NCBI GenBank assembly: GCA_044229845.1
Contig: JBGASG010000011.1
Location: forward strand, 1 to 64,000
Reading direction: 5' to 3'
Source: Candidatus Obscuribacteraceae bacterium
Lineage (GTDB): Bacteria > Cyanobacteriota > Vampirovibrionia > Obscuribacterales > Obscuribacteraceae
DNA length: 64,000 nt
Made by a program: the position numbers and the translations under genes. Within the stretch, counting starts at the first letter, position 1, and each line of letters starts with the position of its first letter. The notes below the pieces were generated by a model. The model saw only the letters and a list, made by a program, of their open reading frames with translations, was not told the DNA's origin and searched no databases. Shown in pieces: positions 39,161 through 47,749 of the stretch.

Positions 39161-41887
39161 CTATTGCACCCATCGCTTGCGGCAGCGCAGCACCAGATAT
39201 GCCGCCGCCTCACTTACCAACCAGCCGACCGTGACGATGCCCAGTATCTCGGTCATGTGACTGAGAGACAGTGGAGTCGTATCCAAGATGGTATTGAGAC
39301 CTGGTAAGTACAAAGCTGCCAAAAGCAAGCTGTACGAGCAGAGCATCGAGACTGAGATTTGCCAGTTTATGCGGGATAAGCGAAGTTGGCCGTCGGCGAT
39401 AAAAAGCCATGACCAGGCCTGATACATAAGCGACAAGGACAATGCACAAAGTGCGACGGTTGGCAGCGCTCCTTCTTCGTAATGACAGACATGCCAGTAC
39501 TCAAGGCAAATGAACGCCGACGTCGCCGCTACCACAGCGCGCAGACAGATCTGCGAAAACTGCTGCATTCCAAACAGTCGTTGATTCGTCTTGCGAGGCG
39601 GACGATTCATCACCTCAGGGTCGGACGGCTGCAAAACCATTCCCAGTCCAGGGAATACGTGCATGATCAAGTTTAGCCACAGCAATTGCAACGGCGTTAT
39701 GTGCGCCCCAAGACCCAATATCACCGAGCCGGATACTGCCATTACCGAAGCCAGACTGGCGGTCAGCAAATAGCCGACCGCCTGCCGAATATTCTGATAG
39801 ATGCTGCGGCCGAATTTTATAGCCCGAATGATCGTACTGAAGTTGTCGTCGGTGAGCACCAGGGCCGAGACGTCGCGCGCCAGATCGCTTCCGCGCAGTC
39901 CCATGGCAATGCCGATGTTTGCTTGCTTGAGAGCTGGCGCATCGTTAACGCCATCGCCGGTCATAGCCACCACATTTCCGGCTCGCTGCAACCCCTGCAC
40001 CACGCTCAGCTTGAGTTCTGGGGTAGCACGCGCGATTACAGCGACGGACTTCAGTTTCTCAGCCAGATCAGCGCCGGCGATTGACTCTAATTCCTTGCCA
40101 GTCACCACCGCGTCTTCCCAGCCCGGATGGAGGATCCCCAACTCCCGCGCGATTGATTCGCCCGTCGCCGACTGATCGCCGGTAATCATCACTACTTCGA
40201 TACCGGCCTTGTGAGCATCGGCGATTGCCTCGGTTACGCCCTCCTTGGGGCGATCCGCCATACCAACCAGTCCCAAGAGTGTCATTTCGTTCTCGCAGTT
40301 CTCGAACTGGCGCTCTCTCACAGACGTGCGCACAGCGACGGCCAGCACGCGCAGCCCGCGCGCTGCCAACAACACATTCTGCTCGATAAAGTGGGCACTG
40401 GCCGCAGGGTCCAGCAGTTGGATATTACCGCCATCTAAATAGTGTGAGCAAATCGACAGCACAGACTCCGGAGATCCCTTGGTGAAGGCAATGTATTGCT
40501 TGTCGATGCGGTGCAACGTCGTCATGCGCTTCCTGGACAAATCGAATGGCAGTTCGTAAGCCCGTGGAAACTGTCGCAGCAAATCGTCCGGCGAATAGCC
40601 GGCTTTGCCGCCGGCGACCAGCAAGGCTCCTTCTGTCGGGTCTCCTAGAACCGCCCATTTACCGGTTTTTGGATCCGCCGCCAGGCTTGCATCGTTGCAC
40701 AGCATGGCGGCTCTGAGTAATTCAGACAATCCATGATTGAGGGACGGATCAACAGTTCTGCCACCATCTGTGAAAGAGCCTGCCGGATCGTAACCGCTGC
40801 CTGTGACCTTAATATGCAAGCAAAAGAGAACGATATCACTGACGACCAGCTGATTCTCCGTGAGAGTACCCGTCTTGTCGGTGCAAATCACGGTTGTGCA
40901 ACCGAGAGTCTCGACAGATGCCAACCGCCTTACCAGGGCTCCGAGCCTGACCATGCGCTGCGTGCCGATAGCAAGAGCGAGCGTGGCAAGCAGTTGCAAC
41001 CCTTCAGGAATGGCGGCTACGGCCAGCGCGATACCCACCTGAACCATGTACCAGAAAGGCTGTCCGACGGCCACACCAATGCCGCAGATGGTGACGGAGA
41101 GAATTACGGTCAACCAGGTGAGCTGGCCACCGAGATGATCCAGTTCCTTCTCCAGAGGGGTTGCACCACTGGTAGTTTCACTCAACAGTTTGCCCAGTGA
41201 GCCCAATCGCGACGCGCGACCGGTTGCTGTAACTACCGCCATCGCCCGACCAGCGGCAACAGTAGTGCCGGCGAAGACTTGCATGTCTTCAACCTTGCCA
41301 CCCGGCAGGGGCTCCGCCGATTTGAACACGCAGACACTTTCGCCCGTCAGAGCAGACTCATCCACGCTAAATGAAGCACACTCGACGATGCGCATGTCGG
41401 CGGGGACTCGCACACCAGACTCTAATTTCACAAGATCGCCGGGAACCAGTTCAACTATCGGCAACTCCACTTCCACTCCGGCGCGGAGCACGCGGATTTG
41501 ACCGCCAGCTAGTTTCTTCAATCTTGCCAACGAAACTTCAGCCTGCCTTTCAGTAAAAAATCCAATCGCTGCATTGATAAATATCGCGGCACCGATGGCG
41601 GCAGCTTGAGTATATTCTTTTAGAAGCACAGACAGGACGAGCGCAATTAACAGCAGAACAACTACAGAAGATATAAATTGGTGGATCAATGTTTGCCACC
41701 AGCGAGTGGCGGCAACGCTGGCGACTTCGTTGGGACCGTACTTGAGCAGTCGTCCCTGGGCATCCTCCGCCGCCAATCCATGACTGAGATCGGTCTGCAT
41801 GATCTCGGCCACCCGAGCCGCCGAAGCTGTCAACAGTTCGGCATTGCCCGCAGTAGGGGCTTTGGTGTCGGGTTGTGGAAGCGACAT
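39161..41887 (-). CDS. Type II cation-transporting P-type ATPase
   Basis: DESALTGES, AAIPEGL, ICTDKTGTLT, KGSPE, MITGD, MTGDGVNDAPALK; start 41887 or 41947. Confidence 0.95.
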   Translation of the reverse strand: MSLPQPDTKAPTAGNAELLTASAARVAEIMQTDLSHGLAAEDAQGRLLKYGPNEVASVAATRWWQTLIHQFISSVVVLLLIALVLSVLLKEYTQAAAIGAAIFINAAIGFFTERQAEVSLARLKKLAGGQIRVLRAGVEVELPIVELVPGDLVKLESGVRVPADMRIVECASFSVDESALTGESVCVFKSAEPLPGGKVEDMQVFAGTTVAAGRAMAVVTATGRASRLGSLGKLLSETTSGATPLEKELDHLGGQLTWLTVILSVTICGIGVAVGQPFWYMVQVGIALAVAAIPEGLQLLATLALAIGTQRMVRLGALVRRLASVETLGCTTVICTDKTGTLTENQLVVSDIVLFCLHIKVTGSGYDPAGSFTDGGRTVDPSLNHGLSELLRAAMLCNDASLAADPKTGKWAVLGDPTEGALLVAGGKAGYSPDDLLRQFPRAYELPFDLSRKRMTTLHRIDKQYIAFTKGSPESVLSICSHYLDGGNIQLLDPAASAHFIEQNVLLAARGLRVLAVAVRTSVRERQFENCENEMTLLGLVGMADRPKEGVTEAIADAHKAGIEVVMITGDQSATGESIARELGILHPGWEDAVVTGKELESIAGADLAEKLKSVAVIARATPELKLSVVQGLQRAGNVVAMTGDGVNDAPALKQANIGIAMGLRGSDLARDVSALVLTDDNFSTIIRAIKFGRSIYQNIRQAVGYLLTASLASVMAVSGSVILGLGAHITPLQLLWLNLIMHVFPGLGMVLQPSDPEVMNRPPRKTNQRLFGMQQFSQICLRAVVAATSAFICLEYWHVCHYEEGALPTVALCALSLSLMYQAWSWLFIADGQLRLSRINWQISVSMLCSYSLLLAALYLPGLNTILDTTPLSLSHMTEILGIVTVGWLVSEAAAYLVLRCRKRWVQ

Positions 41888-41980
41888 CGATGCGCACCTG
41901 GAAAACACTGATATGGCTATTATCCTGAAAGCCTGTCCTCCGGTCATCGTCCAGTTGGTACGCGGACTGATTGTTCCAGG

Positions 41981-41996
41981 TCATCCTGTCGACTTA
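41981..41996. promoter_or_regulatory. Island box (TCATCC-TGTC-GACTTA)
   Basis: Between the divergent P-type ATPase and USP genes. Confidence 0.55.
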
Positions 41997-42105
41997 GGCG
42001 CAGTCAGTCACCGACAATAGACATTTCGGTGGATGCCCTCCCCGGCGCCTACATTGGAAGATGCTCGTGTGAACTGTGACTGCGATTCGCGAGGATAGCG
42101 ACCCC

Positions 42106-42639
42106 ATGAAAATTCTGATTGCCACAGACGGCTCCGAGTACTCGCAAGCCGCTCTTGAGTCTGTCGCTGAGCGCCCGTGGCCCGCAGACACGTCGATCGT
42201 AGTACTGCATGTGGTGCAGACGCTGGCCCCCCAATACATCGGATTTAACTATGGATATGCCGAAGCGCTGGCAACCGTGGACGAAGCTGGGCGCAAAGAA
42301 GGGCGCAAAATACTTGATGATGCCGTCGACTTCTTAAAAGAGCGTTTGCCCGGTTGTCAGATAACAAATGTCATGTTAGACGGATACATTTTGGTCGGCA
42401 TCCTGGACGCCGCCGAAAAATTTGAAACCGACCTGATTATCGTCGGCTCACATGGGCGCACCGGGCTGGTTAAGTTCTTCATGGGCAGCGTCGCTGAAGC
42501 GGTGCTCAACCGTGCCCCGTGCTCTGTTGAGGTGGTGCGCAAACCAGTCAGACAGCAGCCCAAGCCTGAGCCGAAGTCGCAGTCGAAGTCGAAAAAATCA
42601 AGCAGCGCAGAAAAAACCAGGGCGGGACGCACCGGGTGA
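42106..42639 (+). CDS. Universal stress protein
   Basis: MKILIATDGSEYS, WP, DLIIVGSHGRTG..FFMGSVAEAV..APCSVEVVR. Confidence 0.94.
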   Translation: MKILIATDGSEYSQAALESVAERPWPADTSIVVLHVVQTLAPQYIGFNYGYAEALATVDEAGRKEGRKILDDAVDFLKERLPGCQITNVMLDGYILVGILDAAEKFETDLIIVGSHGRTGLVKFFMGSVAEAVLNRAPCSVEVVRKPVRQQPKPEPKSQSKSKKSSSAEKTRAGRTG

Positions 42640-43568
42640 GCATTGCGGATACTACCAGGACGGGACAATTAGCCGCGGCCCGTCGTGTGTTCGCCCTCAC
42701 ACTGCTGCTCAATCTGTCTGTGGCTTTAGCCAAACTACTCTGGGGTTTTGCCACTCATACACTGAGCATGGTGGCAGATGGGTTTCATTCGCTCCTCGAT
42801 GCCTCATCCAACATCGTCGGGATCATTGGCTTGAGTATTTCGACCAAGCCTCCCGATGCCGGTCACCCTTACGGACACAGGAAATTTGAAGCACTGGCAG
42901 CGATATTCATATCGTTCTTGATGTTTCTGTCCAGCTTCGAAATTCTCCGAGAGTGCTTAAATCGGCTGCTGGCGACCAGTGCCGACAAGCCGGACGTCAC
43001 GATCGGCAGTTATGCAATCATGCTGGTCACCATGGTCGTAAATATCGGCGTCTCTCAGTATGAGCGGCGGCAAGCCAAAGCCTTGCGAAGCGAACTATTG
43101 CTGGCCGATTCCATGCACACATTGAGTGATGTATATGCAACTGTCGGCGTGCTCATCTCCTTAGCGGCGATTCAAATGCAGATGACAGTGGTCGATGTGG
43201 CGGCAGCCATATTGATCGTCGTGATTATTTTCAAGGCCGGCTTTGGAATTATTCTCGTGCATCTGAACAGCCTCGTTGATGCTGCCGGCCTCGACGCTGT
43301 GGAGATTGAGAGGCTGGCAGTGTCAGTTCCCGGTGTGCTCGGCTGTCATAAAATACGCAGCCGCGGCATGAGCGACTGCGTATTCGTAGATATGCATTTA
43401 GTCGTTGAAGAAAGTCTGTCAGTAGCCGCCGCTCACGAGATCAGCCAGAAAGTGGAAGCCCTCCTGCTCAACTCAGACCGAGGCATAGTCGATGTCGTCG
43501 TCCATATAGAGCAGGAGCAGCCTGAATCGAAAGGCGCTTGCCACGAAGAGACGACACCATCCAATTAG
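42636..43568 (+). CDS. Cation diffusion facilitator (FieF-like) transporter
   Basis: ADGFHSLLD, HPYGHRKFE, ADSMHTLSD, C-terminal dimerisation domain (AHEIS..VE, VHIE). Confidence 0.93.
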   Translation: MSIADTTRTGQLAAARRVFALTLLLNLSVALAKLLWGFATHTLSMVADGFHSLLDASSNIVGIIGLSISTKPPDAGHPYGHRKFEALAAIFISFLMFLSSFEILRECLNRLLATSADKPDVTIGSYAIMLVTMVVNIGVSQYERRQAKALRSELLLADSMHTLSDVYATVGVLISLAAIQMQMTVVDVAAAILIVVIIFKAGFGIILVHLNSLVDAAGLDAVEIERLAVSVPGVLGCHKIRSRGMSDCVFVDMHLVVEESLSVAAAHEISQKVEALLLNSDRGIVDVVVHIEQEQPESKGACHEETTPSN

Positions 43569-43867
43569 TCGGGCATGTTTTCCAGGTTTTCCAGGCTGCC
43601 ACTGACTATCACATCATAGAGTCCGACAGCCAGTAGTCCTGCGGCACCGCCGACCGAACCGAAAGCAAGAGCAGCCATAATTACGCCTGTGAGCGTCATG
43701 TCCGGCAGCGGTCCGAAAACGAAGGGCACTGCCATCGCAGTAAAAACGAATCCGAGAATAATGCCGGCATTAAAAAGAACGTGCAGCGGCAGAGCCTTGC
43801 GTCGCACCGGCGCTACGGTCGTGGCGGTCCTGACTGTGCCGTGGTTGATTGTAAACATACGAGTCAC
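43565..43867 (-). CDS. Hypothetical two-TM protein
   Basis: Two hydrophobic helices; GAGAGG before GTG. Confidence 0.6.
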   Translation of the reverse strand: MTRMFTINHGTVRTATTVAPVRRKALPLHVLFNAGIILGFVFTAMAVPFVFGPLPDMTLTGVIMAALAFGSVGGAAGLLAVGLYDVIVSGSLENLENMPD

Positions 43868-43924
43868 CTCTCATCCAAATGCATCCTACGTAACTGATTT
43901 TCTCGATTTCACCCGCGAGAAACA

Positions 43925-43940
43925 TCGTCCGCAAGATGGA
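43925..43940. promoter_or_regulatory. Weak island box (TCGTCC-GCAA-GATGGA)
   Basis: Between the divergent TM hypothetical and the desaturase. Confidence 0.4.
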
Positions 43941-43994
43941 TAGAAGGCCGCCCATCGATTGATACCATGTGGTCGCGATTCGAGAGGTATCTCC

Positions 43995-44789
43995 ATGTGG
44001 CTTTTTATTTGTGTTTTTCTGATTGCGTACATGTATCACGGACTTGGTATCACGCTCGGTTATCATCGTTTGCTCTCGCATCGAGCGTACAAGGCTCCGA
44101 AGTGGCTTGAATACTTGATAGTGCTCGGTGGTTACCTGGCTATGGAAGGCTCGCCGATTTTCTGGGTATCGACCCACCGCCTGCATCACCGGTTCTCAGA
44201 CAGACCCGGCGATCCTCACTCGCCGGTGGATGGGCTCTGGCACGCCTTTGCCGGCTGGATGATCAAACCGCGGGTTTTTGTTTCTTCAGAGGAAAGCAGA
44301 CGACTGGCACCAGACCTCTACCGCGACCCGATCTACAGAGCTTTGCATTGCGCCCACAGCGGCATGGAAGGCTGGCTGTGTTTGACGATCTCCGCGATAT
44401 TCAGACTGGGGATCTTCCTTCTATTCGGTCCCGTTGTCTTTTTCGCTCATTTGCTTGGAAGTTTGCTGGCATTTTCGGCGCCGCTGATCGTCAATCTTTT
44501 CTGCCACATGCCCTGGCTTGGCTACGAGAGCCATGCCTGCGGCGACCAGAGTCGCAATGTGCCGGTGGTGGCATTACTTTCCTTCGGCGAAGGATGGCAC
44601 AACAATCATCACGCGTTTCCAGGCTCGGTGCGATTCGGGCTAAACCCACGCGAATTCGATATGACCTTCCAGGTAGCCCGTCTCTTGCAGGCGGTGGGAT
44701 TGATCCGCGACCTGGCAATCCCTCAAATCGTGCCGGTCAGCCAGGTGGAAGAAAGCAAACCGCTGGTGAAAAATCATCCTAAAGGATGA
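43995..44789 (+). CDS. Delta-9-type acyl-CoA/acyl-lipid desaturase
   Basis: His boxes GYHRLLSH, HRLHH..SD..GDPHSP, GEGWHNNHH. Confidence 0.93.
   Translation: MWLFICVFLIAYMYHGLGITLGYHRLLSHRAYKAPKWLEYLIVLGGYLAMEGSPIFWVSTHRLHHRFSDRPGDPHSPVDGLWHAFAGWMIKPRVFVSSEESRRLAPDLYRDPIYRALHCAHSGMEGWLCLTISAIFRLGIFLLFGPVVFFAHLLGSLLAFSAPLIVNLFCHMPWLGYESHACGDQSRNVPVVALLSFGEGWHNNHHAFPGSVRFGLNPREFDMTFQVARLLQAVGLIRDLAIPQIVPVSQVEESKPLVKNHPKG
44774..44789. promoter_or_regulatory. Perfect island palindromic box TCATCCTAAAGGATGA
   Basis: Overlaps the desaturase stop codon; 88 bp upstream of the PaaA-like gene. Confidence 0.8.
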
Positions 44790-44877
44790 TCGATTTATCC
44801 GCACGCTACGGCTCCCGGCTGATCACTTTTAGTCCTTAATCCTGAGATCATGGATGAAGCCATGAGGAGCTACTAAC

Positions 44878-45696
44878 ATGAAGATTTACGATACCGGCGA
44901 TACGCTGCCTGCGGAGTACCGAGCAGCTCTGATTGACCTGCTCTCATTCCAGGCTGACTCTGAATTTGCCGGCGGGCAGCGGGTGGGCGAGAATATGCGC
45001 TTTGCACCGCGCCCGGAGGAAGCCTATCGCCTCTCGAAAAAAATGATGGAAGAATGCGGCCATGGCTGGTATTGCTGGCAACTTCTGGAAGAGCTGGGTA
45101 TCGACGTTAACGCCCGGGTTGTCGAACTGGTCACCAATCCGCATAACCCAGACCCCAAGAAAGTGCGCGTCATCAATGGCTTCAAACACGAAAACTGGAA
45201 ACGTTTTTTCGACGAGTGGGCTGACGTTGCGATGTTTTCCACCGTGGTGACACCGGGTGCTGTTGCTTTTCTCGGACAATACCGAGAATCTTCCTATCTG
45301 CCCTGGCGCCGAGTCAGTGAGAGGATTTATCAGGAAGAGAAGGGGCATCTGGCCTTCGGCGTCTGGGCGGCGCGGCGCGTAATCGAATTCGATGGAGAAG
45401 CTGGGCGTGAACGCTTGCAAAAAGCGATACCCAAGTTTATGGCTATGGGACTCGGATTCTCCGGGCGTCCAGAGGACGAAAGCAAAAACTTCGCCCGTTA
45501 TTTCGAAATGGGCCTGAAATTAAAAACGTCCGACCAGCTGCAAGATGAGTATCTCGAGATAGTCTCGAAGCGTCTTTCCGTGCTGGGCTTAGAAATGCCT
45601 GCCAGCGTCGAACCCGACTACGAGATGAGGTTCGGCTATGGAATCGATGACGTCCAGACGCCCGAGCGGCTGCAGCCTGTCGGTAAGAGTAAATGA
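44878..45696 (+). CDS. PaaA/BoxB-like ferritin-fold di-iron oxygenase
   Basis: LPAEYR..L, QADSE, EECGH, W.D, SSY.P, EEKGH, GLKLKT.DQL pattern aligns with PaaA. Confidence 0.8.
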   Translation: MKIYDTGDTLPAEYRAALIDLLSFQADSEFAGGQRVGENMRFAPRPEEAYRLSKKMMEECGHGWYCWQLLEELGIDVNARVVELVTNPHNPDPKKVRVINGFKHENWKRFFDEWADVAMFSTVVTPGAVAFLGQYRESSYLPWRRVSERIYQEEKGHLAFGVWAARRVIEFDGEAGRERLQKAIPKFMAMGLGFSGRPEDESKNFARYFEMGLKLKTSDQLQDEYLEIVSKRLSVLGLEMPASVEPDYEMRFGYGIDDVQTPERLQPVGKSK

Positions 45697-45974
45697 AACA
45701 TGACGGCAGTAAGGCAACTGCCACCAGCAAGCAGCACGTAACCGATCCGGAGACCTGCATCCAGTGCTCGGCGTGCGAACTTGCCTGCCCTCAGAAGGCA
45801 ATCGAGTCCATTCTCGGTCGTTATTGCATCGACTTCGATAAATGCAAAGCTTGCGGCGCCTGCATTGAAGACTGTCCAACAGGCGCCTGCGATTGCTTTA
45901 TCGAAACGGATTCACCGTACTCGCCATCTGACCAATCAAAGTGGCGAACTCTGCCGTCTCCACCTACGATTTAA
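45693..45974 (+). CDS. 2x[4Fe-4S] ferredoxin, BoxA N-terminal-domain-like
   Basis: KQHVTDPETCIQCSACELACP…CKACGACIEDCPTGA…YS..DQ..W..LP; overlaps the upstream stop codon. Confidence 0.88.
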   Translation: MKHDGSKATATSKQHVTDPETCIQCSACELACPQKAIESILGRYCIDFDKCKACGACIEDCPTGACDCFIETDSPYSPSDQSKWRTLPSPPTI

Positions 45975-46458
45975 TAACTGCTCCGGCTGCGGCGCGAATC
46001 CGATCTTTGCGTTGCACTTTCACCTTCGAGCGCACAATCTCAACAGAACACGGCGCATAAATTGCCACCGTTTGCGAGACGCTACCCAACGGGTGGTTGC
46101 CAGAGAAGTCCTTGTTGTGACAGCCGACGTATATTTTGTCGGCGCTCCATTCAGCGGCGGCATTGATAATCTCTGCTGCCGGTGCGCCTTCTCTAATATC
46201 GAAGTGCACCATAAGATGAGGGTCTTTCGTCAAGATTCGGCTTCGTACGCGTTCACAGAAGTGCCCGGCGCGCAGTTTCCTCTCGTTGACTATGGCATTG
46301 AAAGTTTCTTCGAATTGCGGTCCGTCCGCCGGTATTCGAATCGGCGGCAGCACGGTCAGAACCTTCACCTGTGTATTCGTCGGCCATTGCCGCGCGAGCA
46401 GGGCATTGAGAAGCTCCGTGGACATGGGTGTGTCGTCAATTGCAATGATTGCTTTCAT
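45964..46458 (-). CDS. Universal stress protein
   Basis: MKAIIAIDD, WP, EGAPAAEII..A.EW.AD, LGSVS..APCSVEIVR. Confidence 0.9.
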   Translation of the reverse strand: MKAIIAIDDTPMSTELLNALLARQWPTNTQVKVLTVLPPIRIPADGPQFEETFNAIVNERKLRAGHFCERVRSRILTKDPHLMVHFDIREGAPAAEIINAAAEWSADKIYVGCHNKDFSGNHPLGSVSQTVAIYAPCSVEIVRSKVKVQRKDRIRAAAGAVIKS

Positions 46459-46471
46459 GTCGTTACTCCGA

Positions 46472-47113
46472 TTACTTATTGATTTGAGCGCCAGAGCGCG
46501 CCAGATTGCCACGACCGATGCAGATCGACTCTTCGTCGTCGAAGTGGGCACGCAACTCTCGGTGCAACACAGAGAGCCGGTCAAGTAGAGACGCGAAGTG
46601 CGGCAATCCCGGGATGTTCATCTTAAACTCATTCGTCAGCCCGCTCAGGACCTGCATCGTCTGCACAAATTCATGATGGTCGCACTGCAACTGGTGCAAG
46701 AGTTTGTCGAGATTGGCTTTCTGTATTACCTCCGCATCCGGCTCCGCTGCGTTGAGGACTGCCGCAAAAAGCACTGACTCTTCCCAGTGCAGATGCTCAT
46801 CAAGTTTCGCTTTGAACGATAGAACCGTATCTAAAATCAATGTCACAACGCCATCTTCGGCCAGCACGATCCGATCCGTTTCATCGCGTACCGTGGCTAC
46901 CAATCGTTCGATGTGCTCCAACTGATGTGACAGATAGCTGTGCTGAATCAGCCGCAGATAGCGCAGACAGTCTGACAGTGTACGCTTGCCTGTATAAGGA
47001 TTATGAAGAGGATGATGCTGATCGTCGTTGAGATCAGCCCGTCGAATCCAATCCAGAACCTGCGCCGGCGTCACCGCGGCCGGCTTGTGCTTGTGCTTGT
47101 GCTGCTGTTTCAT
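46472..47113 (-). CDS. Hemerythrin-like di-iron protein (RIC/YtfE-like)
   Basis: HSYL..QL, HLHWEESVLF, DH, HFDDEE motifs in YtfE-like spacing. Confidence 0.75.
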   Translation of the reverse strand: MKQQHKHKHKPAAVTPAQVLDWIRRADLNDDQHHPLHNPYTGKRTLSDCLRYLRLIQHSYLSHQLEHIERLVATVRDETDRIVLAEDGVVTLILDTVLSFKAKLDEHLHWEESVLFAAVLNAAEPDAEVIQKANLDKLLHQLQCDHHEFVQTMQVLSGLTNEFKMNIPGLPHFASLLDRLSVLHRELRAHFDDEESICIGRGNLARSGAQINK

Positions 47114-47129
47114 AGCAAGTCTCTAAAGC

Positions 47130-47633
47130 TCACGCGCGAGATGTATTCGGGACCCAGTCTTCGTGAGAACCAGAGTCCTTGATCTGGTTGATCATCTCCA
47201 TCGCTGCCTGCTGTCCTGAGGGCGTCCTGGTGTCAATCCCTTCCGAAACCGAGACCAGGCGCTTGTGCGCCGGTGCTCCGACAAACTCATGCAGCAACGT
47301 TCGCAGGTCGTGCCCGCGGTCGCACTCGTGTGATACCAAACGATCCAGATCGGACACAATCAAGCCGTCAGTGAAAGCCATTTGTCTTATGGCCTCCTGG
47401 AGAGAGGTCGCGCGGGTGTCTTGAAACACGATTTTGCGCGCCAGCTTCAGTCCGTGAATCTGGCAAAACTCGTTGATCAAATCGAGTTGTTGATTGATTG
47501 GCATGCTGTTATCGTCCTCTTTGAGGAAAGCCAGCAGGCTGCGGTTTCTCCCTGGCGCGTTTTCCGCCAGCTGGCTGTGAATCGTGCTGCGCAACTCAGC
47601 GCAATTACAGCGACTCTTGTTGTTGGAGATCAT
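47130..47633 (-). CDS. Resolvase/serine-recombinase catalytic-domain homolog, apparently inactive
   Basis: Q…I..FC…GL, LIVSDLDRL, LVSVSEGIDTRTPSG retained; YxRVS catalytic motif replaced by FLKED; no HTH. Confidence 0.7.
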   Translation of the reverse strand: MISNNKSRCNCAELRSTIHSQLAENAPGRNRSLLAFLKEDDNSMPINQQLDLINEFCQIHGLKLARKIVFQDTRATSLQEAIRQMAFTDGLIVSDLDRLVSHECDRGHDLRTLLHEFVGAPAHKRLVSVSEGIDTRTPSGQQAAMEMINQIKDSGSHEDWVPNTSRA

Positions 47634-47711
47634 GGTTCTTTCCTCGGCAGGTAACAAATCCATTTTCTGCGGAAAAGCTCCCCAACGCATGATCCGCGCG
47701 GCTGCCGACGC

Positions 47712-47727
47712 TCATCCTTGAGAGGTA
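47712..47727. promoter_or_regulatory. Island box (TCATCC-TTGA-GAGGTA)
   Basis: 78 bp upstream of the resolvase-like gene; near-identical to the box at 52885. Confidence 0.65.
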
Positions 47728-47749
47728 AAGGATGGGATGATCTTAGCTG

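Noticed and set aside
44878..45974. Canonical phenylacetate or benzoate degradation cluster
   Set aside because: No CoA ligase, paaBCDE/G/Z or boxC, and no full-length BoxA/BoxB in the window.
47130..47690. Active resolvase or transposon
   Set aside because: Catalytic Ser motif and HTH are absent, and no transposase or terminal repeats were seen.
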